Shown here: positions 7,839 to 17,026 of the stretch, piece by piece
Layout of the letters: every line of letters begins with the position of its first letter
How positions within the stretch are numbered: the stretch's first letter is position 1
Origin: a virus
Taxonomy: Duplodnaviria; Caudoviricetes
DNA: 30,910 nucleotides
IMG/VR virus record: IMGVR_UViG_3300042140_000258
Location: 1-30,910 of that record
Direction: 5' to 3' (one strand)
Notes under the pieces: model-generated
Databases searched by the model: none
What the model was told of the DNA's origin: nothing
What the model saw: the letters and a program-made list of their open reading frames with translations, nothing else
Position numbers and translations under genes: made by a program

Positions 7839-7851
7839 GAACTCGGATTTT

Positions 7852-7913
7852 TCCCGAGCGGGACAGATCGCGGATGCGGAGGTGGGAAAATGATGGAATT
7901 GTCCCGAGCGGGA
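7852..7913. repeat. Two copies of the interrupted palindrome TCCCGAGCGGGA, 50 bp apart
   Basis: Exact 12-mers at 7852-7863 and 7902-7913. Confidence 0.8.
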
Positions 7914-7935
7914 TAGCTGGCAGGGAGGCCAGGCC

Positions 7936-8412
7936 ATGAGAGAGAGCATCACCCCAATCATCGGCATCGACCCCGGCCCGCGGGAGTTCGCGTGGGTGTT
8001 GTGGGACGGGGCTCGCGTCATCGACTGCGGCGACGTGCCGAACGGGTCGATCCTGCGGCCGGCCGACGAGTACGACGTCGCGATCGAGTGGATCGAATCC
8101 TTCGGCATGGCCGTCGGCCGGGAGGTGTTCGAGACGGTGTTCAGCATCGGCCGCATGGCCGCGATGAAGAACGTCCGCCTGGTCCCGCGCCGTGATGTCA
8201 AACTGCACATCTGCCGGTCGGCGAAGGCCAAAGACACGAACGTCCGCCAGGCCCTGATCGACCGGTTCGGCCCGGTGGGTACGAAGAAGGCCCCGGGGCG
8301 GCTGTTCGGCATTTCAAACCACCGGTGGGCGGCATTGGCCGTGGCGGTCACGGCCTACGACCTCGAGCAGACGGATCACGAGGCGACGTTCCACCGGATG
8401 ACAGGGACCTGA
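7936..8412 (+). CDS. RuvC-like Holliday junction resolvase
   Basis: IIGIDPG, VAIE, VKLHIC..AKAKD, WAALAVA pattern; GGAGG RBS. Confidence 0.8.
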   Translation: MRESITPIIGIDPGPREFAWVLWDGARVIDCGDVPNGSILRPADEYDVAIEWIESFGMAVGREVFETVFSIGRMAAMKNVRLVPRRDVKLHICRSAKAKDTNVRQALIDRFGPVGTKKAPGRLFGISNHRWAALAVAVTAYDLEQTDHEATFHRMTGT

Positions 8413-8416
8413 CGGC

Positions 8417-8752
8417 ATGGAGGCCAGAATGGTACGACGCGACGTCTCGCGGTGTTGGGCGCGGAATGGGCGGAGACTGATGCGGGACCGCTCGGGGCGG
8501 CTGCTCGGGTCGACGCGGATGATCCTGGCAGGCTGCCACGTTCGGGCGGTGGAGCGGCTGTTCCGAATGGGAAAGAGCCTCGACGCGATCGCGGACGCGA
8601 TCGGGGTCTCGCGAAACACTCTCCAGCGCCGCCTCCGCGACCAACTGGCCCACGTGCCACGCCGGAAACGGTCGTGGATGGACACCGTGAGGCGTGAGGA
8701 CCCGTCGCCTGACGAGCTGCGGCAGCAGATGGCAGACCTCCGGCAGCCATAG
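8417..8752 (+). CDS. HTH DNA-binding protein, candidate late-gene regulator
   Basis: [25 protein letters not shown]; last gene before the first late-promoter motif. Confidence 0.75.
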   Translation: MEARMVRRDVSRCWARNGRRLMRDRSGRLLGSTRMILAGCHVRAVERLFRMGKSLDAIADAIGVSRNTLQRRLRDQLAHVPRRKRSWMDTVRREDPSPDELRQQMADLRQP

Positions 8753-8778
8753 GGCCAATCGGTGGCCGCCGCTACCCT
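8749..8778 (+). promoter_or_regulatory. Late promoter motif copy 1
   Basis: ATAGGGCCAATCGGTGG (8749-8765), 7 nt, TACCCT, 6 nt, ATG 8785. Confidence 0.8.
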
Positions 8779-8784
8779 CGCGGC

Positions 8785-9099
8785 ATGGCCTCCGCCCTCC
8801 AAGCACGCAGCCCGCTCCACGTCGCCTTCGTGCGCGGGAACGACTACTCGGCCGCGCTCGATTTCTCGATCGCGACGACCGGCTACCAGTTCGAGGCCGA
8901 GATCTACTCGCTGACGAACGGGGCGATCCTGGCCGAGCCGGCGATGACGAACTTCGACGCGGCCGCCGGGAAGGTCAGCCTGGTCATCACGGCGGCCGTC
9001 GGCAACACGCTCCCGATCGGGACGCTCGGGCTCCGGATCCGCTGGATCGCCCCAGGCGTCCGCGACGTCCTCGGGGGCACGTGCGAGGTACTCCGGTGA
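8785..9099 (+). CDS. Fibre-associated small beta-sandwich protein (BppU-N-like)
   Basis: [21 protein letters not shown]...[11 protein letters not shown]...LGGTCEV; directly upstream of fibre gene. Confidence 0.6.
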   Translation: MASALQARSPLHVAFVRGNDYSAALDFSIATTGYQFEAEIYSLTNGAILAEPAMTNFDAAAGKVSLVITAAVGNTLPIGTLGLRIRWIAPGVRDVLGGTCEVLR

Positions 9100-10781
9100 G
9101 CGACATCCAGGTCGAGATCAAGCCGCTCGAGGTCCAGGCGGTCGTGTCCGGCGGCTTCGGCCCGCAAGGGCCGGCCGCCACGATCACCGTTGGCACCGTG
9201 ACCACGGGTGCGCCGGGCAGCTCGGCCTCGGTGGTGAACGCTGGCACCAGCGGCGCGGCGGTGCTGAATTTCACGATCCCGGCCGGGGCGACGGGGGCGA
9301 CCGGGCCGCAAGGTCCAACTGGTGCAACCGGCCCGCAGGGGCCGAAGGGCGATACCGGCGACCAAGGCCAGGCTGGGGCGACAGGCACGCAGGGGCCGCA
9401 AGGAGTGGCCGGTGCGACTGGAGCCACGGGCGCGACCGGGGCCACAGGCCCGCAAGGTCCGCAAGGCCCAAAGGGCGACACGGGCGACACTGGCCCGCAA
9501 GGCCCGGCTGGTGCCACTGGCGCCACGGGTGCAACTGGGACAACCGGCCCGCAAGGTGCCACCGGCCCGCAAGGCCCGCAAGGCGAACCCGGCGTCGTGT
9601 CTGCAACGGCTCCGATCACCTACGCGAGCCAGACGGTCGGCATCTCCGTCGGCACGGGGCTGGCGACCTCTGGTGGTGCTCTCGTCGTGTCCTACGGCAC
9701 GGCCAGCGGCACGGCGTGCCAGGGGAACGACGCGCGGTTGTCCGACGCCCGCACGCCGACAGCGCATACCCACTCCGCAGCCGACATCACCTCCGGCACA
9801 GTCGCCACGGCGAGGCTCGGCAGCGGGACGGCGTCGGCGTCCACGTTCCTGCGTGGCGATCAGACCTACGCCACGCCGACCGCAGCGCAGGTTGGCGCAG
9901 CGGTCCCGGCAGAGGCTCTCGATTTCACGCGCACGAGCAAGCCTGCTGCCGCCACTGGCTCCAACGGCTCGTACACCTACGAGATTCCGGCTGCGGCAAA
10001 AGCCGTCCGCCTCATCTGCATTTCCGGTGGTGGCGGTGGCGGGTCTGGCCGGCGCGGTGCGGCTGGGTCGGCTCGGTTCGGCGGTGGCGGCGGCGGAGCC
10101 GGCGCGATGATCGATGTAACGCTGTCGTCTGCCGATTACGGCGAGAGCCGGACCGTTACCGTATCGGTCGGTGCCGGTGCCAGCGGCGGTGCATCGCAGG
10201 CCGCCGACAGCACCAACGGAAACAATGGCGGCACAGGCGGGGTCACGAGCGTCGTGATAAACGGCAAGACCTTTTCCGCACCGGGCGGCAACGCGGGGCT
10301 TGGCGGCACGACAGCGGCAGGCACAGGCGGCAGTCCGTCGTACGCGCAGTTTTCCGGCGGAGCCGGCGGCTCAAGTTCCGCGACCGGCACTGCCGCTCTC
10401 GGAGACTATGCCGCGCTAACCATGGCGGTGTGCGCTCCGGGCGGCGGCGGCGGTGGCGGCATATCGACCGCAGACACGGCTTACAACGGAGGATCGACGC
10501 GCGGAAATAGTGGCTACGCAGGCATCGGCAATGTGTCTGGCGGCACGGCACCGGGAGGCGCGGGAACCAGCGCGTCCGCCAATCCTTGGGGCACCGTGCT
10601 GCCCGGCGGCAGCGGCAGCGGTGGCGGTGCCGGAAACTCCACGACCGCAGCGGGCAGCGGCGGAAGCGGCAGCGACTACGGCGGCGCTGGCGGTGGCGGC
10701 GGCGCGTCATTCAATGGCTACAACAGCGGCGCAGGCGGCAACGGCGGGAACGGCGTGGTGCGTATCTGGCTGTATTACTGA
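9096..10781 (+). CDS. Collagen-like / glycine-rich fibre protein
   Basis: GTGA overlap start; [19 protein letters not shown] motif, long G-X-Y run (~9283-9590), [23 protein letters not shown], Gly-rich C-terminal domain ending GGNGVVRIW. Confidence 0.9.
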   Translation: MSDIQVEIKPLEVQAVVSGGFGPQGPAATITVGTVTTGAPGSSASVVNAGTSGAAVLNFTIPAGATGATGPQGPTGATGPQGPKGDTGDQGQAGATGTQGPQGVAGATGATGATGATGPQGPQGPKGDTGDTGPQGPAGATGATGATGTTGPQGATGPQGPQGEPGVVSATAPITYASQTVGISVGTGLATSGGALVVSYGTASGTACQGNDARLSDARTPTAHTHSAADITSGTVATARLGSGTASASTFLRGDQTYATPTAAQVGAAVPAEALDFTRTSKPAAATGSNGSYTYEIPAAAKAVRLICISGGGGGGSGRRGAAGSARFGGGGGGAGAMIDVTLSSADYGESRTVTVSVGAGASGGASQAADSTNGNNGGTGGVTSVVINGKTFSAPGGNAGLGGTTAAGTGGSPSYAQFSGGAGGSSSATGTAALGDYAALTMAVCAPGGGGGGGISTADTAYNGGSTRGNSGYAGIGNVSGGTAPGGAGTSASANPWGTVLPGGSGSGGGAGNSTTAAGSGGSGSDYGGAGGGGGASFNGYNSGAGGNGGNGVVRIWLYY

Positions 10782-11182
10782 TGCAAAACTCTCTCGCAAT
10801 TGTCAACGCTCTCGGACAGGTCGTGACGTTCGTCCGGCCCGACGTGCCTATTGGCTGGGCGCCGCCCGAAGGCTGCTCGGCTGTCTCTCGCGACGATCTT
10901 CCATCCGGCTGGCAATACGCTCCCGAGGTCAACGCGGTCCCCGCCTCCATCTCTGCCCGGCAATCCCGCCTCTGGCTAATCCGTCACGGGATCGACCTCG
11001 CCGCCGTCGATGCGGCGATCGCGTCGATCCCCGACGCCTTCACCCGCGAGAGCGTCCGCATCGAGTGGGAGTATGCGACCGAGGTCCATCGGGATAGTCA
11101 GTGGCTCGCGGCCCTCGGCCCGACCCTCGGCCTCGACGCCGCCACGCTCGACGCCGCGTTCCGCGAGGCGGCCTCGCTGTGA
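10781..11182 (+). CDS. Tail fibre assembly chaperone-like protein
   Basis: VPASISARQSRLWL...RIEWEYATEVHRDS...LDAAFREAASL pattern; TGATG-coupled to the fibre gene. Confidence 0.7.
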   Translation: MQNSLAIVNALGQVVTFVRPDVPIGWAPPEGCSAVSRDDLPSGWQYAPEVNAVPASISARQSRLWLIRHGIDLAAVDAAIASIPDAFTRESVRIEWEYATEVHRDSQWLAALGPTLGLDAATLDAAFREAASL

Positions 11183-11295
11183 CCACCCACACCCCCGCCG
11201 CCGTCCTCCTCGCCTACGGCCGCTGCTGCGGACGACGCTGCACGCTGCGCCCGTATACGCCGAGGTGGGTGGCGGGGGCTGTGCAGGTGAAGTGA
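11179..11295 (+). CDS. Small Cys-rich protein (DUF5522-like)
   Basis: LLAYGRCCGRRCTLRPY resembles GxCCGxxCxxCPY; translationally coupled at both ends. Confidence 0.55.
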   Translation: MTTHTPAAVLLAYGRCCGRRCTLRPYTPRWVAGAVQVK

Positions 11296-11591
11296 TGCCA
11301 GCACGCATCGAGCGATGGAGGCCGCCTGTCCACCTGAAGCCAGCACACACGAAGGAGCGGGCACACTACACGTCGAAGGACTGGCGATCCCTGCGGAAAG
11401 AAATCCTCGTGCGAGATTCTTACCGATGCCGCAGCTGCTCGCTCGTGTGCTACGGGCCTGCGGCCCATGTCGATCACATCGTGCCGCTCGAGGAGGGCGG
11501 GACCGATGACGAGGGCAACCTCCAGGTGCTGTGTGAGTCGTGCCACGGCAGGAAGACGCGGGCGGAGCAGCGGAGGCGGGGCGTGCTGTGA
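11295..11591 (+). CDS. HNH endonuclease (terminase-associated, HK97 gp74-like)
   Basis: WRSLRKEILVRDSYRCRSC, HVDHIVPL, NLQVLCESCHGRKT; immediately upstream of TerS. Confidence 0.93.
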   Translation: MPARIERWRPPVHLKPAHTKERAHYTSKDWRSLRKEILVRDSYRCRSCSLVCYGPAAHVDHIVPLEEGGTDDEGNLQVLCESCHGRKTRAEQRRRGVL

Positions 11592-11697
11592 TTTTTCCGG
11601 GGTGGGGCGCGCCAAAAACGGCCATTCAGGCCAAAAGCCCCACGCTCCCTCTACGCGAGTTTCTGCCGGGTAACCAAAAACCAGCCAAGGTGTAAAG
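11592..11697. other. Putative cos packaging region
   Basis: Non-coding gap between HNH and TerS with GGGGTGGGGCGCGCC and A-tracts; positional inference from HNH-cos-TerS phages. Confidence 0.5.
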
Positions 11698-12159
11698 ATG
11701 GGAAGACGCGGTCCGATGCCCGATCCACGCTCTGAGCGGTCCGCCAACGGCCGCAACACGCTCGCCCGTGCCACGGTCGAGGCCGAGGCCGTCGCGGCTC
11801 CTGCCCACGTCCAGGCCCGTCCACTGGCGTCCGCCTTCTGGGAGATGCACGCCCCGACGCTCGCGGCCGAGGGCCGGCTCCGCCAGGTACACGCCGAGGT
11901 GTTCGGCCAGCTCTGCCACCTCCACGCCGACATCCGCGGGCTCGCCGAGCAGATCGACCGCGAGGGATGGATCACGGCCACCGACAAGGGCCAGGCCGTC
12001 TCGCCGGTGGCGAAGCTGCTCCGTGACTCGCGGCGGGACTTCGTCATACTGGCGGCGAAGTTCGGCCTGACCGCAGCGGACGAAGCCCGCCTGCCCACGG
12101 TGAAAAACGACGATGAGCAAGACTCCGACGAAGCCGCGTTCCGAGAGTTCGCCGGGTGA
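11698..12159 (+). CDS. terS: Terminase small subunit (P27 family)
   Basis: MGRRGPMP N-terminus, SPVAKL, AAKFGLTAADEARL motif. Confidence 0.9.
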   Translation: MGRRGPMPDPRSERSANGRNTLARATVEAEAVAAPAHVQARPLASAFWEMHAPTLAAEGRLRQVHAEVFGQLCHLHADIRGLAEQIDREGWITATDKGQAVSPVAKLLRDSRRDFVILAAKFGLTAADEARLPTVKNDDEQDSDEAAFREFAG

Positions 12160-13744
12160 CGATCGGCCCGAGGCCTGCCCAGGGTTCGCGTTCGACCTCG
12201 AGGCCGCCGAGCGGCCCGTCCGGTTCATCGAGCAGTTTTGCCGGGTGCCGTCCGCCGACGGCGGCCCGGCCCAGCCGATGCGGCTGATCGACTGGCAGCG
12301 TGACCGGGTCGTGATGCCGATCTTCGGGTGGAAGCGGCCGGACGGCCGGCTCCGCTACCGGCGGGCCGGGATCTTCTGCCCCAAGAAACAGGGGAAGAGT
12401 TTCCTCATGGCCGCCCTGGCCGAGTACCTCCTGACGGCCCACTTCCCTTTGGCCGACGTCTACCCGGCGGCTGTGGACCGCGAGCAGGCCCGCATCATCT
12501 ACCGGATGCTGAAGCGATCGGTCGAGGCCTCGCCGATCCTGTCGAAGCGGCTGGAGGTTGTCGACTCCAAGAGCATCATCCGGAACCGCGAGCACGGGAA
12601 CGTGCTGCGGTGCCTGTCGGCCGACGCCTGGCGGAACGAGGGGCTCAACGGGTCCGTCATCATCGACGAGATTCACGCCCACCGCTCCGACGAGCTCGTC
12701 GCGGCCCTCACCTACGCGACCAGGGCCACGCCCAACGGCCTCGTGCTCGCGATCTCGACGGCCGGGGACAACAAGAACGGCGTCGGCTACCAGTGGTGGA
12801 AGGACGCCCAGCTCGTCAGCCGCGAGCACGGCGGCGACCCGGCCGCCAACCCGAGCTTCTACGGCCTGATCTACGCGGCCGACCCGGAGGACGACTTCTC
12901 CGACCCGGCGGTGTGGCGAAAGGCGAACCCGTCGATGGGGATCACGTTCGCCGAGGAGGAGTTCGCTGCCGACCACCAGGATGCGACCACCGATCCGCGG
13001 AAGTTCTCGCGATGGCTGCGGTACTCGCTCAACGTCTGGGCCGACGGCCGAGACGAGCAGTGGTTCAAGGGGGACGCTTTCGCCAACTGTCGCCGGCCCC
13101 CGCCCGAGGCCCTCGCCGGACGGCCGTGCGTGGTCGGCGTCGACCTGGCGTCGAACCTCGACATGACGGCGGCGTGTTTCCTGTTTCAGGCGGCTGACGG
13201 ATCGTATGACGCCGTCATGCGGTACTGGGTGCCGGAGGAGACGGTGGCCGAGCGGGAGCGGAAGGACCGCATCCCCTACTCGACCTGGATCCGCGAGGGC
13301 TGGCTCACGGTGACGCCGGGGGCGCGGCTCGACCACGAGCACGTGGCCCGCGACATCCTGGCGTTCGGGAAGGACCACCAGATCCTCCAGGTCGGGGCGG
13401 ACCCTTGGCAGGTCGGCCCGCTCGCGACGTTCCTCCAACGCGAGAACGTCGAGGTAAAGGCGGTGGCTCAGTCGACGGCGCGTCTCAACGCCCCTTGCAA
13501 GATGCTCGAAGGCCTGGTCGTCGAGGGGAAGTTCCGATACGAAAGCCCGATACTGCTGTGGAACGCGAACCACTGCCTCGTCTACACGGACACGACGGGC
13601 ATGATCAAGCCGGACAAGGCCAAGAGTACCGAGAAGATCGACGGCCTGTCCGCGGCGGCCAACGCGTTCGCGATGGCGATCGAGAAGGCCGACGACCTCG
13701 CGGACAGGCCCTACGACGGTCCGCTCCTGCAGCCGCTCTGGTGA
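12113..13744 (+). CDS. terL: Terminase large subunit
   Basis: LIDWQ, Walker A PKKQGKS, Walker B IIDEIH, ISTAG, KANPSMG, GVDLA, EKIDG. Confidence 0.97.
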   Translation: MSKTPTKPRSESSPGDDRPEACPGFAFDLEAAERPVRFIEQFCRVPSADGGPAQPMRLIDWQRDRVVMPIFGWKRPDGRLRYRRAGIFCPKKQGKSFLMAALAEYLLTAHFPLADVYPAAVDREQARIIYRMLKRSVEASPILSKRLEVVDSKSIIRNREHGNVLRCLSADAWRNEGLNGSVIIDEIHAHRSDELVAALTYATRATPNGLVLAISTAGDNKNGVGYQWWKDAQLVSREHGGDPAANPSFYGLIYAADPEDDFSDPAVWRKANPSMGITFAEEEFAADHQDATTDPRKFSRWLRYSLNVWADGRDEQWFKGDAFANCRRPPPEALAGRPCVVGVDLASNLDMTAACFLFQAADGSYDAVMRYWVPEETVAERERKDRIPYSTWIREGWLTVTPGARLDHEHVARDILAFGKDHQILQVGADPWQVGPLATFLQRENVEVKAVAQSTARLNAPCKMLEGLVVEGKFRYESPILLWNANHCLVYTDTTGMIKPDKAKSTEKIDGLSAAANAFAMAIEKADDLADRPYDGPLLQPLW

Positions 13745-13751
13745 AGCGGCT

Positions 13752-13782
13752 ATAGGGCCAATCGGTGGCGGTTTGGAACGAT
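13752..13782 (+). promoter_or_regulatory. Late promoter motif copy 2
   Basis: ATAGGGCCAATCGGTGG (13752-13768), 8 nt, AACGAT, 7 nt, ATG 13790. Confidence 0.8.
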
Positions 13783-13789
13783 GGCCGCC

Positions 13790-15394
13790 ATGCCACGCGC
13801 CAAGCCCCCGTCCTCCAGGCGGTCGCCGCCGAATCCGTCGACGAAGCGGCCCACCTCGCGGCGGTCGCGGGCTTCCACGCGCGCCGCGATCGCGGACAGC
13901 ACGCTCCTCGACCCGCTCGCCTGGGGTTCCGTCTCGCAGCGGCGGGTCCACCCCGAGCTGGCTGTCCGGGTGTCGAGCGTCTTCTCCGTCTGCCGATTCA
14001 TCGCCCAGTCGATCGGGTGCATGTCGCCCCGGCTGAAGGTGCGGCTGGCTGGCAAGACGCTCGACGCGGTCCAGGGCTTCGGTGACCCAGGGGCGAGCGT
14101 CTACCGGCAGGCGGTCCACGCCCTGCGGGTGCGGCCGAACCCGTGGCAGTCGCCCTTCGACTTCTGGACCCTCCAGGGCTTCTGGACCGCCCTCCACGGC
14201 GGCGGCTTCGCCCGGATCGTGGCCGGCAACCGCGGGGCGATGACGCATCTGATCCCGCTCCACCCGCGGCGGATGCGGGTGAAGCAACTCGCCGACTACT
14301 CGCTCGCATACGAGTGGCTTGACGAGAAGGGCAAGTGGATGCCGCTCCAGCAGAGTGAGGTCCTCCACTTCCGCTGGCTGGGCGACACCGGGATCACCGG
14401 CACGCCCCCGACGGACACGCTCGCCACCGCGATCACGATCGCCCGGGAGCTCGACGGCGCGGCCCTCACGCTCTGGCGGAAGGGGGCGCGGCCCGACTTC
14501 GTGATCGAGACCGACAAGCGGATGGACGACACAACCATGGCCCGCTACCGGTCCGAGTTCCGCGAGATGTACGGCGGCGATAACCGCGGCACGCCGGCGG
14601 TCATGATCCCGGGCCACAAGCTCGTGCCCATGCAGTCGAACACGATGGAGCAGTCGCAGTTCCAGCAGCTCCGCGAATCCATCCTGCCCGAGGTGTGCAG
14701 CCACTGGGGCGTGCCGGCATCGCTCGTCGGTGACGCCAAGGCCCAGCGGTACGGCAGCCCCGAGGCCGACAACCTCCAGGCCCAGGTGTGGTGCCTGCTG
14801 CCGTGGCAGAAGCGGTTCGAGGGTGCGGTCAACCTCTGGCTGGCCGACACCTACGGCGAGGGCACGTTCTTCCAGCTCGACAACCGGGCGCTGCTCCGCG
14901 GCGATTCGGTCGCCCGGGCGAACCTGTACCGGGCGCTGTTCTCCATGTCGGCGATCACGCCGAACGAGATCCGCGAGCTGGAGGACTTCCCGCTGCTCGA
15001 GGAGCCGGAGGCCGACAAGACGTTCCTGCAGCTCGGCTTCTCGACGCTGGAGATGGCGGCGAATCAGGCACAGAAGGGGGCCGCCGGGGCGGTGGCTGGG
15101 GCGACCGCGGGCGATGCCGCCAGCCAGGGCGAGAGCGTGCCGTCGGCGGGCGGTTTCACGCTCGGCCAGCGCGTCTACTGGACCGACGGCGACGGCGTGA
15201 TCGAGCACTTGATGACGTCGGGGACGCTTGGGACCGAGGGCTCGCCGTTCGCGATCGAGGCCACGCCCGACGATCCGGCGGCCCTGATCCGCGTCTACCA
15301 GGGCGACCAGCCGACCGAGTTCACGGTCGGGAAGCGGGTAGCCGAACTGTCAGCCGCGCCGATGACTGCCGACTCCACGGGGGGCAACCCATGA
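13790..15394 (+). CDS. Portal protein (HK97 family) with C-terminal extension
   Basis: SSVFSVCRFIAQSI, RPNPWQSPFDFW, LIPLHP, EVLHFR, LLRGD, TPNEIRELED; alternative start at 13781. Confidence 0.95.
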   Translation: MPRAKPPSSRRSPPNPSTKRPTSRRSRASTRAAIADSTLLDPLAWGSVSQRRVHPELAVRVSSVFSVCRFIAQSIGCMSPRLKVRLAGKTLDAVQGFGDPGASVYRQAVHALRVRPNPWQSPFDFWTLQGFWTALHGGGFARIVAGNRGAMTHLIPLHPRRMRVKQLADYSLAYEWLDEKGKWMPLQQSEVLHFRWLGDTGITGTPPTDTLATAITIARELDGAALTLWRKGARPDFVIETDKRMDDTTMARYRSEFREMYGGDNRGTPAVMIPGHKLVPMQSNTMEQSQFQQLRESILPEVCSHWGVPASLVGDAKAQRYGSPEADNLQAQVWCLLPWQKRFEGAVNLWLADTYGEGTFFQLDNRALLRGDSVARANLYRALFSMSAITPNEIRELEDFPLLEEPEADKTFLQLGFSTLEMAANQAQKGAAGAVAGATAGDAASQGESVPSAGGFTLGQRVYWTDGDGVIEHLMTSGTLGTEGSPFAIEATPDDPAALIRVYQGDQPTEFTVGKRVAELSAAPMTADSTGGNP

Positions 15395-16401
15395 CCAGCA
15401 CGATCGAACGCCGCTACCTCCTGACCGCCGACTACCCCGAGGCGATCACCGTCCAGACGCGGGACGGGGAGCCGCCCGTCATCGCCGGGATTTCGCCGCC
15501 GTGGGATTCGTTCTCCGTCGACCTCGGCGGCTTCCGCGAGAAGTTCGCGCCGACGGCCTTCGACGGCCTGGTCGACCGCAAGGCGAACGACCCGCGCGGC
15601 AAGCTCGACGTCCCGTTCCTCACCGATCACCTGTCGCACCTGATCACGGGCCGGACGACCAACGGTCGGCTGGAGATCCGGAAGGGGCTGAAGGGGCTGG
15701 AATACACCCACCGCCCGATCCAGACCACCCACGGCCGCGACCTCGCGATGCTGGTCGAGGATCGCACGATCACCGGGGCGTCGTTCGCGTTCACGACCGC
15801 CACCGATGGCGAGACCTGGACGGAGGACGAGAAGGGCAACGTCGTGCGGACCGTGTTCCGCGCGTCGGGCCTCTACGACATCTCCGCCGTGACCTACCCG
15901 GCCTATCCGCAGAGCACCGCGGGCATCCGCTCGCTGCCGCTCTGGAAGAACGCCCGGAGCGTCCTGGCCCACCGGGCCGAGTCTCGCGGCCTCACGATCT
16001 CCCTCGACTTCGACGGCACGTTCACCGCGGCCCCCGGGCTGTGGCGGTCGTTCGTCGCCGATGCCCAGGCCCGCGGAAACCGGGTCGTGTGCATCACCCG
16101 CCGCGAGGACACGGAAGAGAACCGGGCCGCCCTGCGGACCGCGTTCGGAGACCTCCACGACGAACTTGCCGGCGTGCTGCTCGTCGGGCCGGACCAGCGG
16201 AAGCGGTCGGCCGCAGCGGCCGCCGGCATTTCGGTCGACATCTGGGTCGACGACTACCCCGAGGGGATCGTCGAGCCCGCCCAGGCCCAGGCCGCCCCGC
16301 GCGGCGTGAAGGTCTCGACGCTCGCCGGTGCCCGGGCCGCCGCGGCGGCCGCCGCCGCCCGGATGCGGATCGCCCTCAGCTCCACGGAGGCCAACCGATG
16401 A
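15391..16401 (+). CDS. HK97-type prohead protease fused to HAD-like hydrolase domain
   Basis: DLGGFREKFAPTAF, FLTDH, GASFAF, LYDISAVTYPAY; then ISLDFDGT, CITRR, K, WVDDYP. Confidence 0.9.
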   Translation: MTSTIERRYLLTADYPEAITVQTRDGEPPVIAGISPPWDSFSVDLGGFREKFAPTAFDGLVDRKANDPRGKLDVPFLTDHLSHLITGRTTNGRLEIRKGLKGLEYTHRPIQTTHGRDLAMLVEDRTITGASFAFTTATDGETWTEDEKGNVVRTVFRASGLYDISAVTYPAYPQSTAGIRSLPLWKNARSVLAHRAESRGLTISLDFDGTFTAAPGLWRSFVADAQARGNRVVCITRREDTEENRAALRTAFGDLHDELAGVLLVGPDQRKRSAAAAAGISVDIWVDDYPEGIVEPAQAQAAPRGVKVSTLAGARAAAAAAAARMRIALSSTEANR

Positions 16402-16772
16402 TCTTTTCCGACGCCCCGGTGACCGTCGCCGAGAACCTCGACGGCGGCCTGCTCGCCAAGATCAAAGCGTTCGTCGAGACGGCCAAGTCGGCCGCCGCCG
16501 ACGGCCTTACGTGGGCCGAGTTCGGCGACCTCATGCTCGCCCTGCTGCGGCTGGTGGTCGCGGGCCTCGACGTCGCCAACGGCCTGACCGGCGCCGCGAA
16601 GAAGGCCCTCGCCCTGGAGGCGGTCGCGAGCCTGTTCGACGCCGTGGCCGATCGGGCGGTCCCGCCGCTCGCATACCCGATCTGGGTCCTCGCCCGGCCC
16701 GCCGTGCGGGCGCTCGTCCTGGCACTGGCGTCGGGGGCCGTGGAGCAAGTGCTGCCGCTCGTGAGGCGCTGA
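16398..16772 (+). CDS. Hypothetical helical/membrane-associated protein
   Basis: ATGA overlap, GGAGG RBS; DGLTWAEFG, GAAKKALAL, hydrophobic C-terminus. Confidence 0.75.
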   Translation: MIFSDAPVTVAENLDGGLLAKIKAFVETAKSAAADGLTWAEFGDLMLALLRLVVAGLDVANGLTGAAKKALALEAVASLFDAVADRAVPPLAYPIWVLARPAVRALVLALASGAVEQVLPLVRR

Positions 16773-16774
16773 CG

Positions 16775-17026
16775 ATGCTCGACAACGTCCGGCTGCTCGT
16801 GGAGTGGGCTCCCCTGCTCGGCTACGCCAAGCGGCTATCGGCGGCCGTGGATGACGGCGGCCGGGCCGACACGATCGCCGACGCGATCGAGTGGCTCGCG
16901 AGCAAGACCGGCAACCGCATGGACGACGAGCTCGCCCGCCTCGTGGCGGCCGTGCTGCACACCCCGCAGGGCGCGGCCCTCGCCGGGTGGATCGCCGACA
17001 AGGCCGCAGACCTGGAGAAGACATGA
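16775..17026 (+). CDS. Hypothetical protein
   Basis: GAGG RBS; LASKTGNRMDDEL motif. Confidence 0.75.
   Translation: MLDNVRLLVEWAPLLGYAKRLSAAVDDGGRADTIADAIEWLASKTGNRMDDELARLVAAVLHTPQGAALAGWIADKAADLEKT

Noticed and set aside
8694-9095. N-terminal extension of the 695-aa fibre ORF in the track
   Set aside because: Overlaps the real 8785-9099 gene; the coupled GTG at 9096 is the better start. Similar over-extended starts were trimmed for many ORFs
9283-9590. Repetitive GGCCCGCAAGG units resembling an array
   Set aside because: They encode collagen G-X-Y repeats in frame; no constant repeat with unique spacers, so not CRISPR
12044-15208. 1054-aa minus-strand ORF (also 704-2029, 20054-22411 and other long minus ORFs)
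   Set aside because: Antisense shadows of GC3-rich + strand genes with clear motifs; no recognisable domains
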